Assembly: GCA_025934255.1 (NCBI GenBank)
Contig: JAICYJ010000001.1
Location: 44,425 to 108,424 of the forward strand
Direction: 5' to 3'
DNA: 64,000 bases
Source: Thermoleophilia bacterium
GTDB taxonomy: Bacteria; Actinomycetota; Thermoleophilia; Gaiellales; JAICJC01
The translations under genes and the position numbers were made by a program. The notes under the pieces are model-generated. The model ran no database searches, was not told the origin of the DNA, and saw only the letters and a list, made by a program, of their open reading frames with translations. Positions 41,968-50,467 of this stretch are shown here, piece after piece. Every line of letters begins with the position of its first letter. Positions within the stretch are counted from its first letter, which is position 1.

Positions 41968-42932
41968 ACCGGTTCCGCCTCCGGCGCTCCGAGCTGTCGA
42001 CGCCGGGCTGGAGCGAGCGGATGATCGCCAAGGCCGCGTCCAGCGATGCCGATCTGGTGTTCCTGGATCTCGAGGACTCGGTTGCTGTGCCCGGGAAGGC
42101 GAGCGCCAGGGCCACCGTGGTCTCGGCGCTGCGGGAGCTGGATTGGCGTCCAGCCACTCGCGCGGTCAGGGTCAACGCGCCTGGCTCTCCCTGGATCGAG
42201 GAGGACGTTGAGACGATCGCCACGGAAGCCGCCGGCCGGGTCGACGTGCTGATCGTCCCCAAGGTGGTAGTCGCTGAGGATGTGCACAGAATCGATCGGC
42301 AGCTGACCGAGCTCGAGCGCTTCCGGCCCCAGGAGACTCCCATTGGGCTGGAGGTGTTGATCGAGGACGTGGCGGCGCTCGTCCACATCCACGAGATCGC
42401 GGATTCGTCACCGCGGATCGAGACGCTGATCTTTGGATCGGGCGATATGGCTGCATCCCAAGGCGTCAGGACCGGCTTGCTCCCAGAGTTCCCGGGCGAT
42501 CCGTGGAGCTACCACCGGGCCCAGGTCGTCATCGCTGCGCGTGCGGCGGGGCTGGTCGCGGTCGACGGTCCGAGCTGGTCAGCCCTCGACGACCTTGAGG
42601 CATACAGGTGGGAGTGCCGTATCGCCGCGACCCTCGGCTACGCCGGCAAGTGGGCGATCCATCCGGCGCAGATCGCGCCGGCGAACCACGCTTTCAGCCC
42701 GACGGCCGGCGAAGTCGCACACGCACGTCGGGTGGTCGCGGCCTGGGACGAGGCCGGCGCACAGGGACGTGGGGCGATCGCACTCGACGGAGTCATGGTC
42801 GATGCCGTCGACCTCCGGCTAGCTGGCGAAACGCTCGACATGCACGAGCGCGTGGCCGCATCTGGGACAGGACGAGGAGACAGCGTCGCGCCCGATTGCG
42901 AGCGGCTAGGCGGGCGAGACCTGTGCAACTAG
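41964..42932 (+). CDS. HpcH/HpaI-CitE family acyl-CoA lyase (citryl/malyl/beta-methylmalyl/citramalyl-CoA lyase-like)
   Basis: Contains RRSELSTPG, DLVFLDLEDSV, RVNA, IVPKV, LEVLIED and GKWAIHPAQI. GTGA overlap with the transferase gene. Confidence 0.9.
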   Translation: MNRFRLRRSELSTPGWSERMIAKAASSDADLVFLDLEDSVAVPGKASARATVVSALRELDWRPATRAVRVNAPGSPWIEEDVETIATEAAGRVDVLIVPKVVVAEDVHRIDRQLTELERFRPQETPIGLEVLIEDVAALVHIHEIADSSPRIETLIFGSGDMAASQGVRTGLLPEFPGDPWSYHRAQVVIAARAAGLVAVDGPSWSALDDLEAYRWECRIAATLGYAGKWAIHPAQIAPANHAFSPTAGEVAHARRVVAAWDEAGAQGRGAIALDGVMVDAVDLRLAGETLDMHERVAASGTGRGDSVAPDCERLGGRDLCN

Positions 42933-42938
42933 GCTGCG

Positions 42939-43604
42939 TTGATGGCCCTCACCGATCCGGCACCCGACCGTCGTGAGCTGATCCTCGACGCCGCCGTCGT
43001 GGTCATCAGCCAGCGCGGCGTCGACCGGGCGCGGCTTGCCGATGTGGCCGAGGAGGCCGGAGTCAGCCTGGGGCTGGTGCAGCACTACTTCCGTACCCGC
43101 GAGCGCCTGCTCGTCGAGACGTTTCGTCGTGAGCAGGAGCGGATCTCGGCCATCTGGTCGTCCGCGGTGCCACCCAATGCGGATCCGCTGCTGCGGCTTG
43201 CCGAGTACATCCGCCTTGCGTCTCCCGAGGGCGGCCCCGAGGCGGCGACGCCATTCGACCCGGGTTGGTCGTTCTGGCTCGAGTTCTGGTCAAAGGCAAA
43301 CCGCGACGAGGAGATCCGTTCGGAGTTCACCGACATCTACAACGACTTTGCGGGACTCTTCCGGGACGCGATCGTGGACGGAGTCGAGCGCGGCGAGTTC
43401 CGGACGGCGTCAGCGCCCGACGAGATCGCCGACCGGCTGATCTCGCTGATCGACGGGACCGCGATCCGCACGCTCCTCGGAGGTTTTGAGCGCGAACGGA
43501 TGCTGCGCCTGCTGGCCGCTTCCCTCGAGCTCGAGCTGGGCCTCGATGATGCGCATGCGCGACGCCTTCGTGACTACCTCTCGGCCGGCGGACGAAGCCA
43601 TTGA
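42939..43604 (+). CDS. TetR family transcriptional regulator
   Basis: RRELILDAAVVVISQRGVDRARLADVAEEAGVSLGLVQHYFRTRERLL is a TetR_N helix-turn-helix. Confidence 0.9.
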   Translation: MMALTDPAPDRRELILDAAVVVISQRGVDRARLADVAEEAGVSLGLVQHYFRTRERLLVETFRREQERISAIWSSAVPPNADPLLRLAEYIRLASPEGGPEAATPFDPGWSFWLEFWSKANRDEEIRSEFTDIYNDFAGLFRDAIVDGVERGEFRTASAPDEIADRLISLIDGTAIRTLLGGFERERMLRLLAASLELELGLDDAHARRLRDYLSAGGRSH

Positions 43605-43697
43605 GTGAGCATGATCCAACCTCATCGCAACATTCTCAGCTAGTTCGAAGGTAGCTGTGGTCTCGTACCAGGGGTCAACGAGACTGAAGGAGAACCA

Positions 43698-44750
43698 GTG
43701 GAGCTCGATCTACCAGCGCGGCAGCCGGGCAGGGAGCCGGCCCGCCGAATCCGTGCCCGAACCGTTCTGGCAGTGCTCATCGCTGTCGTCGTCATATCGG
43801 CGATCGTCGCCGGCCTGACTCGCGCAAGGACGCAGTCGACGGCGGTCGGCAGCGGCGTCGTCGTCATCGAGACGAACCTCGGCTACCAGGGTGGGCAGGC
43901 TGCCGGCACCGGGATGGTGCTGACGTCGTCGGGTGAGATCCTGACGAACAACCACGTCATCCGCGGCGCGACCGACATCAAGGTCGTGGTGCCGAAGACG
44001 GGCCAGAGCTATTCGGCACAGGTGGTCGGCTACGACGTCTCGCATGACGTCGCGCTGCTGCGGGCGAGCGGCGCCTCGAATCTGAAGACCATCTCCCAGG
44101 GCGATTCCGGGTCCGTCAACCCTGGCCAGTCGGTGCAGGCGCTCGGAAACGCCGGTGGCACCGGCAGGCTCAGCTTCGCCTCCGGCACCGTGACAAACGT
44201 CGATCGCGCGATCACCGTGGGGGACGAACAGGGCGGGAACCCTGAGCACCTGAGCGGGCTGATCGAGACGAACGCGGCCGTGCGGCCGGGAGACTCGGGT
44301 GGGCCGTTGCTGAACTCCTTCGGCCAGGTGATCGGGATGGATACCGCCGCGTCGGCAGGCAACGACGTCGCCCAGACGACCACCAACGACGGGTACGCGA
44401 TCCCGATCAACAACGCCATGTCGATCGTCAAGCAGATCGAGAGCGGCAACGGCTCGGGATCTGTCCACGTCGGTGGCACCGCGTTCCTCGGAGTGGAGTC
44501 GACCGCGAGCAGCTACTCGTCTGGCGCGGAGATCTCGGCGGTGGTTGCCGGTGGCGCCGCGGAAGCCGCGGGCCTCACCGCGGGCGACCTGATCCTCTCG
44601 GTCGGCGGTCACACGATCTCATCTCCCGACGACCTCAGCCAGGTCGTCCTGACCCAGAAGCCGGGAGCGTCCATCTCCGCCGTCTACCTGGATCAGGCCG
44701 GCGCAACCCAGACCACGAACCTCACGCTGACAAGCGGACCTCCGCGCTAG
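43698..44750 (+). CDS. Membrane-anchored trypsin-like serine protease with a C-terminal PDZ domain (HtrA/DegP family)
   Basis: TM anchor VLAVLIAVVVISAIVAGL. Catalytic triad regions TNNHVI, HDVALL and GDSGGPL. PDZ region: GAEISAVVAGGAAEAAGLTAGDLILSVGG. Confidence 0.88.
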   Translation: MELDLPARQPGREPARRIRARTVLAVLIAVVVISAIVAGLTRARTQSTAVGSGVVVIETNLGYQGGQAAGTGMVLTSSGEILTNNHVIRGATDIKVVVPKTGQSYSAQVVGYDVSHDVALLRASGASNLKTISQGDSGSVNPGQSVQALGNAGGTGRLSFASGTVTNVDRAITVGDEQGGNPEHLSGLIETNAAVRPGDSGGPLLNSFGQVIGMDTAASAGNDVAQTTTNDGYAIPINNAMSIVKQIESGNGSGSVHVGGTAFLGVESTASSYSSGAEISAVVAGGAAEAAGLTAGDLILSVGGHTISSPDDLSQVVLTQKPGASISAVYLDQAGATQTTNLTLTSGPPR

Positions 44751-44760
44751 GAGCTGCCGA

Positions 44761-44794
44761 CACGGCCCCGGATCAGAAGCGATCCGGAGCCGTG
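44761..44794. terminator. Bidirectional hairpin between the convergent protease and nrdJ genes
   Basis: CACGGCCCCGGATC-agaagc-GATCCGGAGCCGTG forms a 14-bp stem with one mismatch. Confidence 0.45.
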
Positions 44795-44807
44795 CCGGCG
44801 CCGCAGA

Positions 44808-47800
44808 TCAGCCGCAGCCGGAGTTGTCGCCGCAGTCGCGGCAGGTGTAGCAGGCGCCGGTGCGCACCTTGCGCCCGCCGCACTTGGCGCACTCGACCGC
44901 GTCCTCCCAGGCGTTGAACAGCGCCGCCTGACCCGCCGATGGCGAGTGGGCGACCTCGGCCGCCGGCTCGCCCGCCTCCTGGGCGTCGTAGCTGGCGGCG
45001 ATCCGATCCTTTACGGCCTGGCTCATGATGCCCAGATCGGCCTGCTGATCGGTGTCCAGGAAGCGCTTGCCCATCCACCGGAAGATGTAGTCGGGGATCG
45101 ACTTGGCGACGCGGATGTCGGGGTCGTTGGTGAGCCCGCTCGGCTCGAACCGCATGTGCGCGAACTTCGAGACGAACACCTCCAGCGGCACGCCGTACTG
45201 GATGCCCACCGACACCGCGATCATGAACGCGTTCATGAGGCCGGCCAGGGTGGTGCCCTCCTTGGCGATGTCGACGAACACGTCGCCCGGGTCGCCCTCG
45301 GGGAACAGCCCCACGTGGATGTAGCCCTCGTATTCGCCGACCTTGAACTTGCGGCCGATCTCCTGCCGCTCAATCGGCATCACCCGCCGCTGCGGCTTGG
45401 CCGCGATCAACTCCGGCGCGTCGCTCTTGGTCGACAGCGGCTGGGCCACCTTGCAGCCGTCGCGGTAGATCGCGATCGCCTTCACGCCCAGCTTCCATGC
45501 GTCGATGTAGAGGCCGGCCACGTCGTCCACCGTGACCTCGGTGGGCAGGTTCACCGTCTTCGAGATCGCGCCCGAGATGAACGGCTGCACCGAGGCCATC
45601 ATCTTGACGTGGCCCATGTGATGGATCGCGCGGTCGCCCACGGCCACGTCGAACACCTGCAGGTGCTCGCCCTTGAACCCGGGTGCGCCCACCACCGTGT
45701 TGTGCTCGTTCACGAAGGCCACGATCTGGTCGATCTCGTGCGGCGCGTAGCCGAGCTTGGAGAGGGCGGTCGGCACCGTCTGGTTGACGATCGTGATGTC
45801 GCCGCCGCCGACCAGCTTCTTCGACTTGACCAGCGAGAAGTCGGGCTCAACGCCGGTGGTGTCGCAGTCCATCATGAACGAGATGGTTCCGGTCGGCGCA
45901 AGCACGGTGGCCTGCGCGTTGCGGTAGCCGTTGGCCTCGCCCAGCGCCAGCGCCTCGTCCCACGCCTTGCGGGCGGCCAGCATCATCTCGTCGGGCACCA
46001 CGCCCGCGTCGATGTTCGCGACCGCGGCGCGGTGCTTGCGGATCACCCGCAGCATCGCGTCGGCGTTCTTGTCGTACTCCTCGAACGGGCCGATGCGTCC
46101 CGCCATGTCGGCTGACTTGCGGTAGGCGCGGCCGGTCATGATGGCCGTGATCGCGCCGGCGTAGGCGCGGCCCTCGTCGGAGTCGTAGGGCAGCCCGCGT
46201 GCCATCAGCAGCGCACCCAGGTTGGCGTAGCCGAGGCCCAGCTGTCGCATCGCGTTGGCGTTGCGGGTGATCTCCTCGGTCGGGTAGCTCGAGTTCGAGA
46301 CCAGGATCTCCTGGGCCATGAAGATGATGTCCACCGCCCGCTCGAACCGCTCGACCTGGAACTCCAGCGTCTCGGGGTCGCGGAACTTCATCAGGTTGAG
46401 GCTGGCCAGGTTGCAGGCCGAGTTGTCGACGTGCAGGTACTCGGAACAGTTGGCGACGACGATGCCATCCACGATGTAGGAATGGTTGGTTGGCTCGGTC
46501 AGGTTGTAGACCGTCTCCTGGCCGTCCTCCTCACGCGAGACCAGCGCCGCCCCGGCCTTCGTCGCGTAGCGGGTGGTCGCTTGTAGCAGCTGCTCGAGCT
46601 TGGCTTGCTTGTTGACGGACGCGAAGCCGATCCGGGCGGCGAACTGCTCGATGTCGGTGCCGCTGATGCGGAGGTCGAACGCGGCGCTGCTTGCGTAGGT
46701 TCGGGTATCGCCGTCGGCGCGGGTGTACGTGAACGAGCCGCGATTCTCAGAGCCATTGGCGTAGATCCGGGCGCGGATGCCGAAGCCGAGCAACAGGCGC
46801 TGGACGTCCTTCAACAACGTTTCGCTGGCCGAGCCCAGGCCAACGTAGCGAGACGCGTTGCCCTCGCAGCGGGCGACGCATCCGTCCGCCGAGAACAGTC
46901 CGGCCAGGAAGCTTCCCTGTACTTCGGACGGCGCCTGGAAGACGCTACGCGGCACACGCTTTAGAGCTGACAGGTCGCGCGATGCGCCCAGGTCTCGCAG
47001 CAGCCGGCGCACTTCCTTGCGCCCGATGCGCAACTGTACGGTGCCGTTGCCCATGTGGACACTACTCACCGAGCCGAACTCTTGCTCGAGCAGCCGCTGG
47101 TGTTCGTCGATGGTCCCGTCCTCGATCTCGCTGCCGCCGTACACCCAGACGGCCTGCGTATCGGTGAGGCAGCCGTCGCCGGTGAGAACGCCCAGCATCG
47201 TGCCAAGGCCCGCGCTCCATCGCTCCGGCAGACCATCCACGGCCGTCGCCGCACCTGCGGCGACGGGCACCGGAACCGGCAGCTCCCATGACGCGTCGAA
47301 CGCCGGCGTCGGTGCGTCGCAGACCAGCACGTGATCGCTCTCCACCAAGTCCTTGGCCTCGACGTAGCCGCGGGTTGTCGTCCACAGGCGGTGGTTCTCG
47401 GTGCAGCGCAGCTCCTGGCCGTTCGCGAACCGGAGTCGCACGATCGGCTTGACACCATTACACATGATCGCCAGCGGCGTGGTTGCGCGCACGCCCACTG
47501 CGGGCTGCGCGGCCGTGGCGTCGTGGGTGTAGACCTGGAACTCCTCGCCCGCCTGGGCGCGGTCGTACAACTCTTCGATCTGCACGAGACCGATCGACGT
47601 GTGAACGCGGGCGTCACCCGGGAAGCACGGGTTACTTGCGTTGATGCGGCCGCTGGCGGGGCACGTGTGCCAGTCGTTCATGGTGGTGTCGTAATGCATG
47701 CCGGGATCGGCGCACTTCCAGGCCGCCTCCGAGATCTGGTGCATCAGGTCGCGGGCGCGCACTGTGCCCACGACGGAGCCGTCGGTGCGTGCCGTCAGGT

Positions 47801-49847
47801 TCCACTCCTCGTCCTCCAGCACGGCCCGCATGAACTCGTCGGTCACGCGCACCGAGTTGTTGGCGTTCTGGTATTGGATCGAGGCCCAGTCGGGCGAGTC
47901 CAGGCTCATGTCGTAGCCGGCCGCCTGCAGCACGCGCGCCTTCTCCTCCTCGTGCTGCTTGCACCAGATGAACTCCTCGATGTCCGGGTGGTCGACGTTC
48001 AGCACCACCATCTTGGCCGCGCGGCGGGTCTTGCCACCCGACTTGATGGTGCCGGCGGACGCGTCGGCGCCGCGCATGAACGAGACCGGCCCGGAGGCGT
48101 AGCCGCCCTTGGACAGCTGCTCCTTCGATGAGCGCAGCTTGGACAGGTTGATGCCCGAGCCGGAGCCGCCCCGGAACACCCGTCCCTCCTTGGTGATCCA
48201 GTCCAGGATCGAGTCCATGGAGTCGTCCACCGACAGGATGAAGCAGTTGTGGACGGCCACGTTGTTGGAGAGGTATTCGCCTGACTCGGTTTGAATGTCA
48301 TACACCTCTTCGGTGCCGATCTGTTCGATCGACACGATCTCTTCCTCGCGGAGATCCCCGCAGTTCTTGAGGCCACGCAACGAAAGCGACTCGATCAGCT
48401 TGGCCTGCTTCTCGCGACCGACGAACCCCACTTGCTGAGCGAAGCGGGCCCGCTCCGAGCCGATGGCCACAGAGACGACTGCCAGGTCGTGCCGGTCTTC
48501 GCGCGGATCGCTCTTGCGAATACGGCGAGAGTAGATACCCAGCATGCCAAGCAGCAGCTGCACCCCCTCCGCCCACCGCTCTCCGATCACCGCGAACTCG
48601 ACGCGGGCGTTCTCATAGCCAGCGTCGCGCCGCAGCGAGACATAGCCGTCGGCCTGGAAGATGCTCTGCAGGTAGGCGGCAACCTCGTCGGTCGATGCTG
48701 ACCAGAGCCGCTCGGGGACCGAGATGTCGGTCCCGCGCGCCATCAGTCCCCAGTCCTCGACGAATGGGCGCAGAGCCTCGCCATAGAGCCGGATCCGCCG
48801 GCACGTCAGGTCGGTGCGCTGCGTCTCGACGTCCGTGACACGGCGATGCACGTCCGGGAACACAACATCAAGGTGGTCGGTGATCCAGGCGTGCTCGTCA
48901 TCGTTCGCTGTGATGAACTCGATCGTCAGCGAGCGGTTGGTGCCGTTGTACTGCCCGACGAATCCGTCGGCCTGCAGCCAGCCGGCAAGGGCTGCCTCGG
49001 CCACCAGTCGCGCGTTGGTCTCGGTCGGGTCGTCACGAAGGTCGCCGGGACCTGCCGTCGCGAGAGCGCGCTCGGCGACTCGCGCCTTGTGCGGGTGAAG
49101 GTGCAGCCGCATGCCCGGCACGAGTTGATCGACGCGCAGCCAAGCCGGAGCGGTCCGTCGTTCCGCGACAGCTTTCACCACATGGTCGGGCGTTGCCTCG
49201 ATGTAGGAGCCATTGCGGAGGTTGACGCGCCACACCGGCTTTGTGCCGTTCGCCTGCACGGCGACGATGCGCGTCGCACCATTCGCGTCATAGACCTCGC
49301 GTCCGACCTGCTCATCCTCGACCAGCTGGCCGATCGGCACCATGCCGTCCGGCGTGGACACCAATGCGCGGTACGGCTGGCAGGCCGAGCACTGCGGGTT
49401 CTCCTCGAAGCCGACGTTGAACCAGACGGGCGAGTTGAACGCCACCATCTGGTGCAGCAGCAGGTGCGTCAGCTCCGCGTGGAAGGTGTCGGCCTCGGCC
49501 TGGTCGACGAAGTAGCCGTCCTTGACGCCCCAGGTCGTGATGGTGTCGGTGACGCGGCCGATCATCTGGCGCACGGAGTGCTCGCGCTGGGGGGTGTTCA
49601 GCTTCCCGCGGAAGTACTTCTGGGCGACGATGTTGGTGGCGGTCTGCGACCAGAACGAGGGGAACTCCACGTCCTTCTGCTCGAACGAGGGGCCGTCCTT
49701 GCCGGGGATCAGCGCCGTGCGCTGCTCCCAGTCGACGGTCTCGAAGGGGTCGTCGCCATCGCCCGTGAAGTACCGGTCCACGCCGATGGAAACGTCTTCC
49801 CTGCCCTCCAGGACGCGGGTTTCAGCCGGGTTCTCAGTCGTCGCCAT
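44808..49847 (-). CDS. nrdJ: Class II (adenosylcobalamin-dependent) ribonucleotide reductase precursor carrying two inteins
   Basis: 1679-aa precursor. The exteins (155 + 206 + 546 aa) contain AQKYFRG, SPVWFNVG, SA|CFIL, ASNP|CSEYLHVDNSACNLASLN, TVLAPTGTISF, ISKTVN and a C-terminal CxxC...CxxC tail. Confidence 0.95.
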   Translation of the reverse strand: MATTENPAETRVLEGREDVSIGVDRYFTGDGDDPFETVDWEQRTALIPGKDGPSFEQKDVEFPSFWSQTATNIVAQKYFRGKLNTPQREHSVRQMIGRVTDTITTWGVKDGYFVDQAEADTFHAELTHLLLHQMVAFNSPVWFNVGFEENPQCSACQPYRALVSTPDGMVPIGQLVEDEQVGREVYDANGATRIVAVQANGTKPVWRVNLRNGSYIEATPDHVVKAVAERRTAPAWLRVDQLVPGMRLHLHPHKARVAERALATAGPGDLRDDPTETNARLVAEAALAGWLQADGFVGQYNGTNRSLTIEFITANDDEHAWITDHLDVVFPDVHRRVTDVETQRTDLTCRRIRLYGEALRPFVEDWGLMARGTDISVPERLWSASTDEVAAYLQSIFQADGYVSLRRDAGYENARVEFAVIGERWAEGVQLLLGMLGIYSRRIRKSDPREDRHDLAVVSVAIGSERARFAQQVGFVGREKQAKLIESLSLRGLKNCGDLREEEIVSIEQIGTEEVYDIQTESGEYLSNNVAVHNCFILSVDDSMDSILDWITKEGRVFRGGSGSGINLSKLRSSKEQLSKGGYASGPVSFMRGADASAGTIKSGGKTRRAAKMVVLNVDHPDIEEFIWCKQHEEEKARVLQAAGYDMSLDSPDWASIQYQNANNSVRVTDEFMRAVLEDEEWNLTARTDGSVVGTVRARDLMHQISEAAWKCADPGMHYDTTMNDWHTCPASGRINASNPCFPGDARVHTSIGLVQIEELYDRAQAGEEFQVYTHDATAAQPAVGVRATTPLAIMCNGVKPIVRLRFANGQELRCTENHRLWTTTRGYVEAKDLVESDHVLVCDAPTPAFDASWELPVPVPVAAGAATAVDGLPERWSAGLGTMLGVLTGDGCLTDTQAVWVYGGSEIEDGTIDEHQRLLEQEFGSVSSVHMGNGTVQLRIGRKEVRRLLRDLGASRDLSALKRVPRSVFQAPSEVQGSFLAGLFSADGCVARCEGNASRYVGLGSASETLLKDVQRLLLGFGIRARIYANGSENRGSFTYTRADGDTRTYASSAAFDLRISGTDIEQFAARIGFASVNKQAKLEQLLQATTRYATKAGAALVSREEDGQETVYNLTEPTNHSYIVDGIVVANCSEYLHVDNSACNLASLNLMKFRDPETLEFQVERFERAVDIIFMAQEILVSNSSYPTEEITRNANAMRQLGLGYANLGALLMARGLPYDSDEGRAYAGAITAIMTGRAYRKSADMAGRIGPFEEYDKNADAMLRVIRKHRAAVANIDAGVVPDEMMLAARKAWDEALALGEANGYRNAQATVLAPTGTISFMMDCDTTGVEPDFSLVKSKKLVGGGDITIVNQTVPTALSKLGYAPHEIDQIVAFVNEHNTVVGAPGFKGEHLQVFDVAVGDRAIHHMGHVKMMASVQPFISGAISKTVNLPTEVTVDDVAGLYIDAWKLGVKAIAIYRDGCKVAQPLSTKSDAPELIAAKPQRRVMPIERQEIGRKFKVGEYEGYIHVGLFPEGDPGDVFVDIAKEGTTLAGLMNAFMIAVSVGIQYGVPLEVFVSKFAHMRFEPSGLTNDPDIRVAKSIPDYIFRWMGKRFLDTDQQADLGIMSQAVKDRIAASYDAQEAGEPAAEVAHSPSAGQAALFNAWEDAVECAKCGGRKVRTGACYTCRDCGDNSGCG
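46449..47627 (-). mobile_element. Intein 2 of NrdJ (393 aa) with a LAGLIDADG homing-endonuclease domain
   Basis: The N-terminal boundary reads ASNP|CFPGDARV (Cys1) and the C-terminal boundary reads DGIVVAN|CSEY (Ala-Asn followed by +1 Cys). Block B is CTENH. The LAGLIDADG motifs are MLGVLTGDGCL and FLAGLFSADGCV. Confidence 0.85.
48246..49382 (-). mobile_element. Intein 1 of NrdJ (379 aa) with a LAGLIDADG homing-endonuclease domain
   Basis: The N-terminal boundary reads QCSA|CQPYRALV (Cys1) and the C-terminal boundary reads NNVAVHN|CFIL (His-Asn followed by +1 Cys). Block B is TPDH. The LAGLIDADG motifs are LAGWLQADGFVG and YLQSIFQADGYVS. I verified the boundaries codon by codon on the DNA. 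Confidence 0.85.
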
Positions 49848-49900
49848 TCGTCTCTCCTCTGTCCGTCGTCCTCATCCGTATTCTAGCCGATTTGGGATCC

Positions 49901-50368
49901 CTACCGAACACCTGTTCGCCTCAGATCCTCCATCCGGGCCAGCTCCTGCTCGAACTCCTCAACATCCTGAAAATCGCGGTAGACCGAGGCAAATCGCACG
50001 TACGCGACGGGGTCGAGCCCGCGCAGCGCGGCCAGCGCCTGCTCGCCGATCGCCTGCGACGGCACCTCCTCGCGGATGCCGTTTCGCAGCCGCGCCTCGA
50101 CGGTCGCGGCGGCGTCCTCGATCTGCTCCAGCGACAGCGGGCGCTTGGTGCACGCGCGCACCAGGCCGGCCATCAGCTTGCCGCGATCGAACGGCTGCCG
50201 CGAGCCGTCGCGCTTGACCACGAACAGCGGCGATTCCTCGGTGCGCTCGAAGGTCGTGAACCGCTGCGCGCACAGCAAGCACTCGCGCCGGCGCCGGATC
50301 GTGCCCTTGCCGGCGACCCGCGAGTCGACCACCTTCGTCTCACCGTGCTCACAATATGGACAGTTCAC
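49901..50368 (-). CDS. nrdR: Transcriptional repressor NrdR (zinc ribbon plus ATP-cone)
   Basis: The GTG at 50368 gives VNCPYCEH...RRRRECLLCAQRFTTFE (CxxC...CxxC), then an ATP-cone (VVKRDGSRQPFDRGKL...YVRFASVY). The track start at 50440 adds 24 non-homologous residues. Confidence 0.9.
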   Translation of the reverse strand: MNCPYCEHGETKVVDSRVAGKGTIRRRRECLLCAQRFTTFERTEESPLFVVKRDGSRQPFDRGKLMAGLVRACTKRPLSLEQIEDAAATVEARLRNGIREEVPSQAIGEQALAALRGLDPVAYVRFASVYRDFQDVEEFEQELARMEDLRRTGVR

Positions 50369-50372
50369 GAGA

Positions 50373-50421
50373 TCCCCAGATGTAGTGGCCGCCGACCGGA
50401 TCAACCCACCAGATGTTGTGG
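50373..50421 (-). promoter_or_regulatory. Two tandem NrdR-box-like sites upstream of nrdR-nrdJ
   Basis: In minus sense the sites are CCACAACATCTGGTGG (50421-50406) and CCACTACATCTGGGGA (50388-50373), 33 nt apart start to start. Each matches about 11 of 16 positions of the remembered consensus acaCwAtATaTwGtgt. Confidence 0.45.
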
Positions 50422-50467
50422 CGGGACGGGTATTGTGCATAACGGCTCGGACGGACTCGGATCCCGC

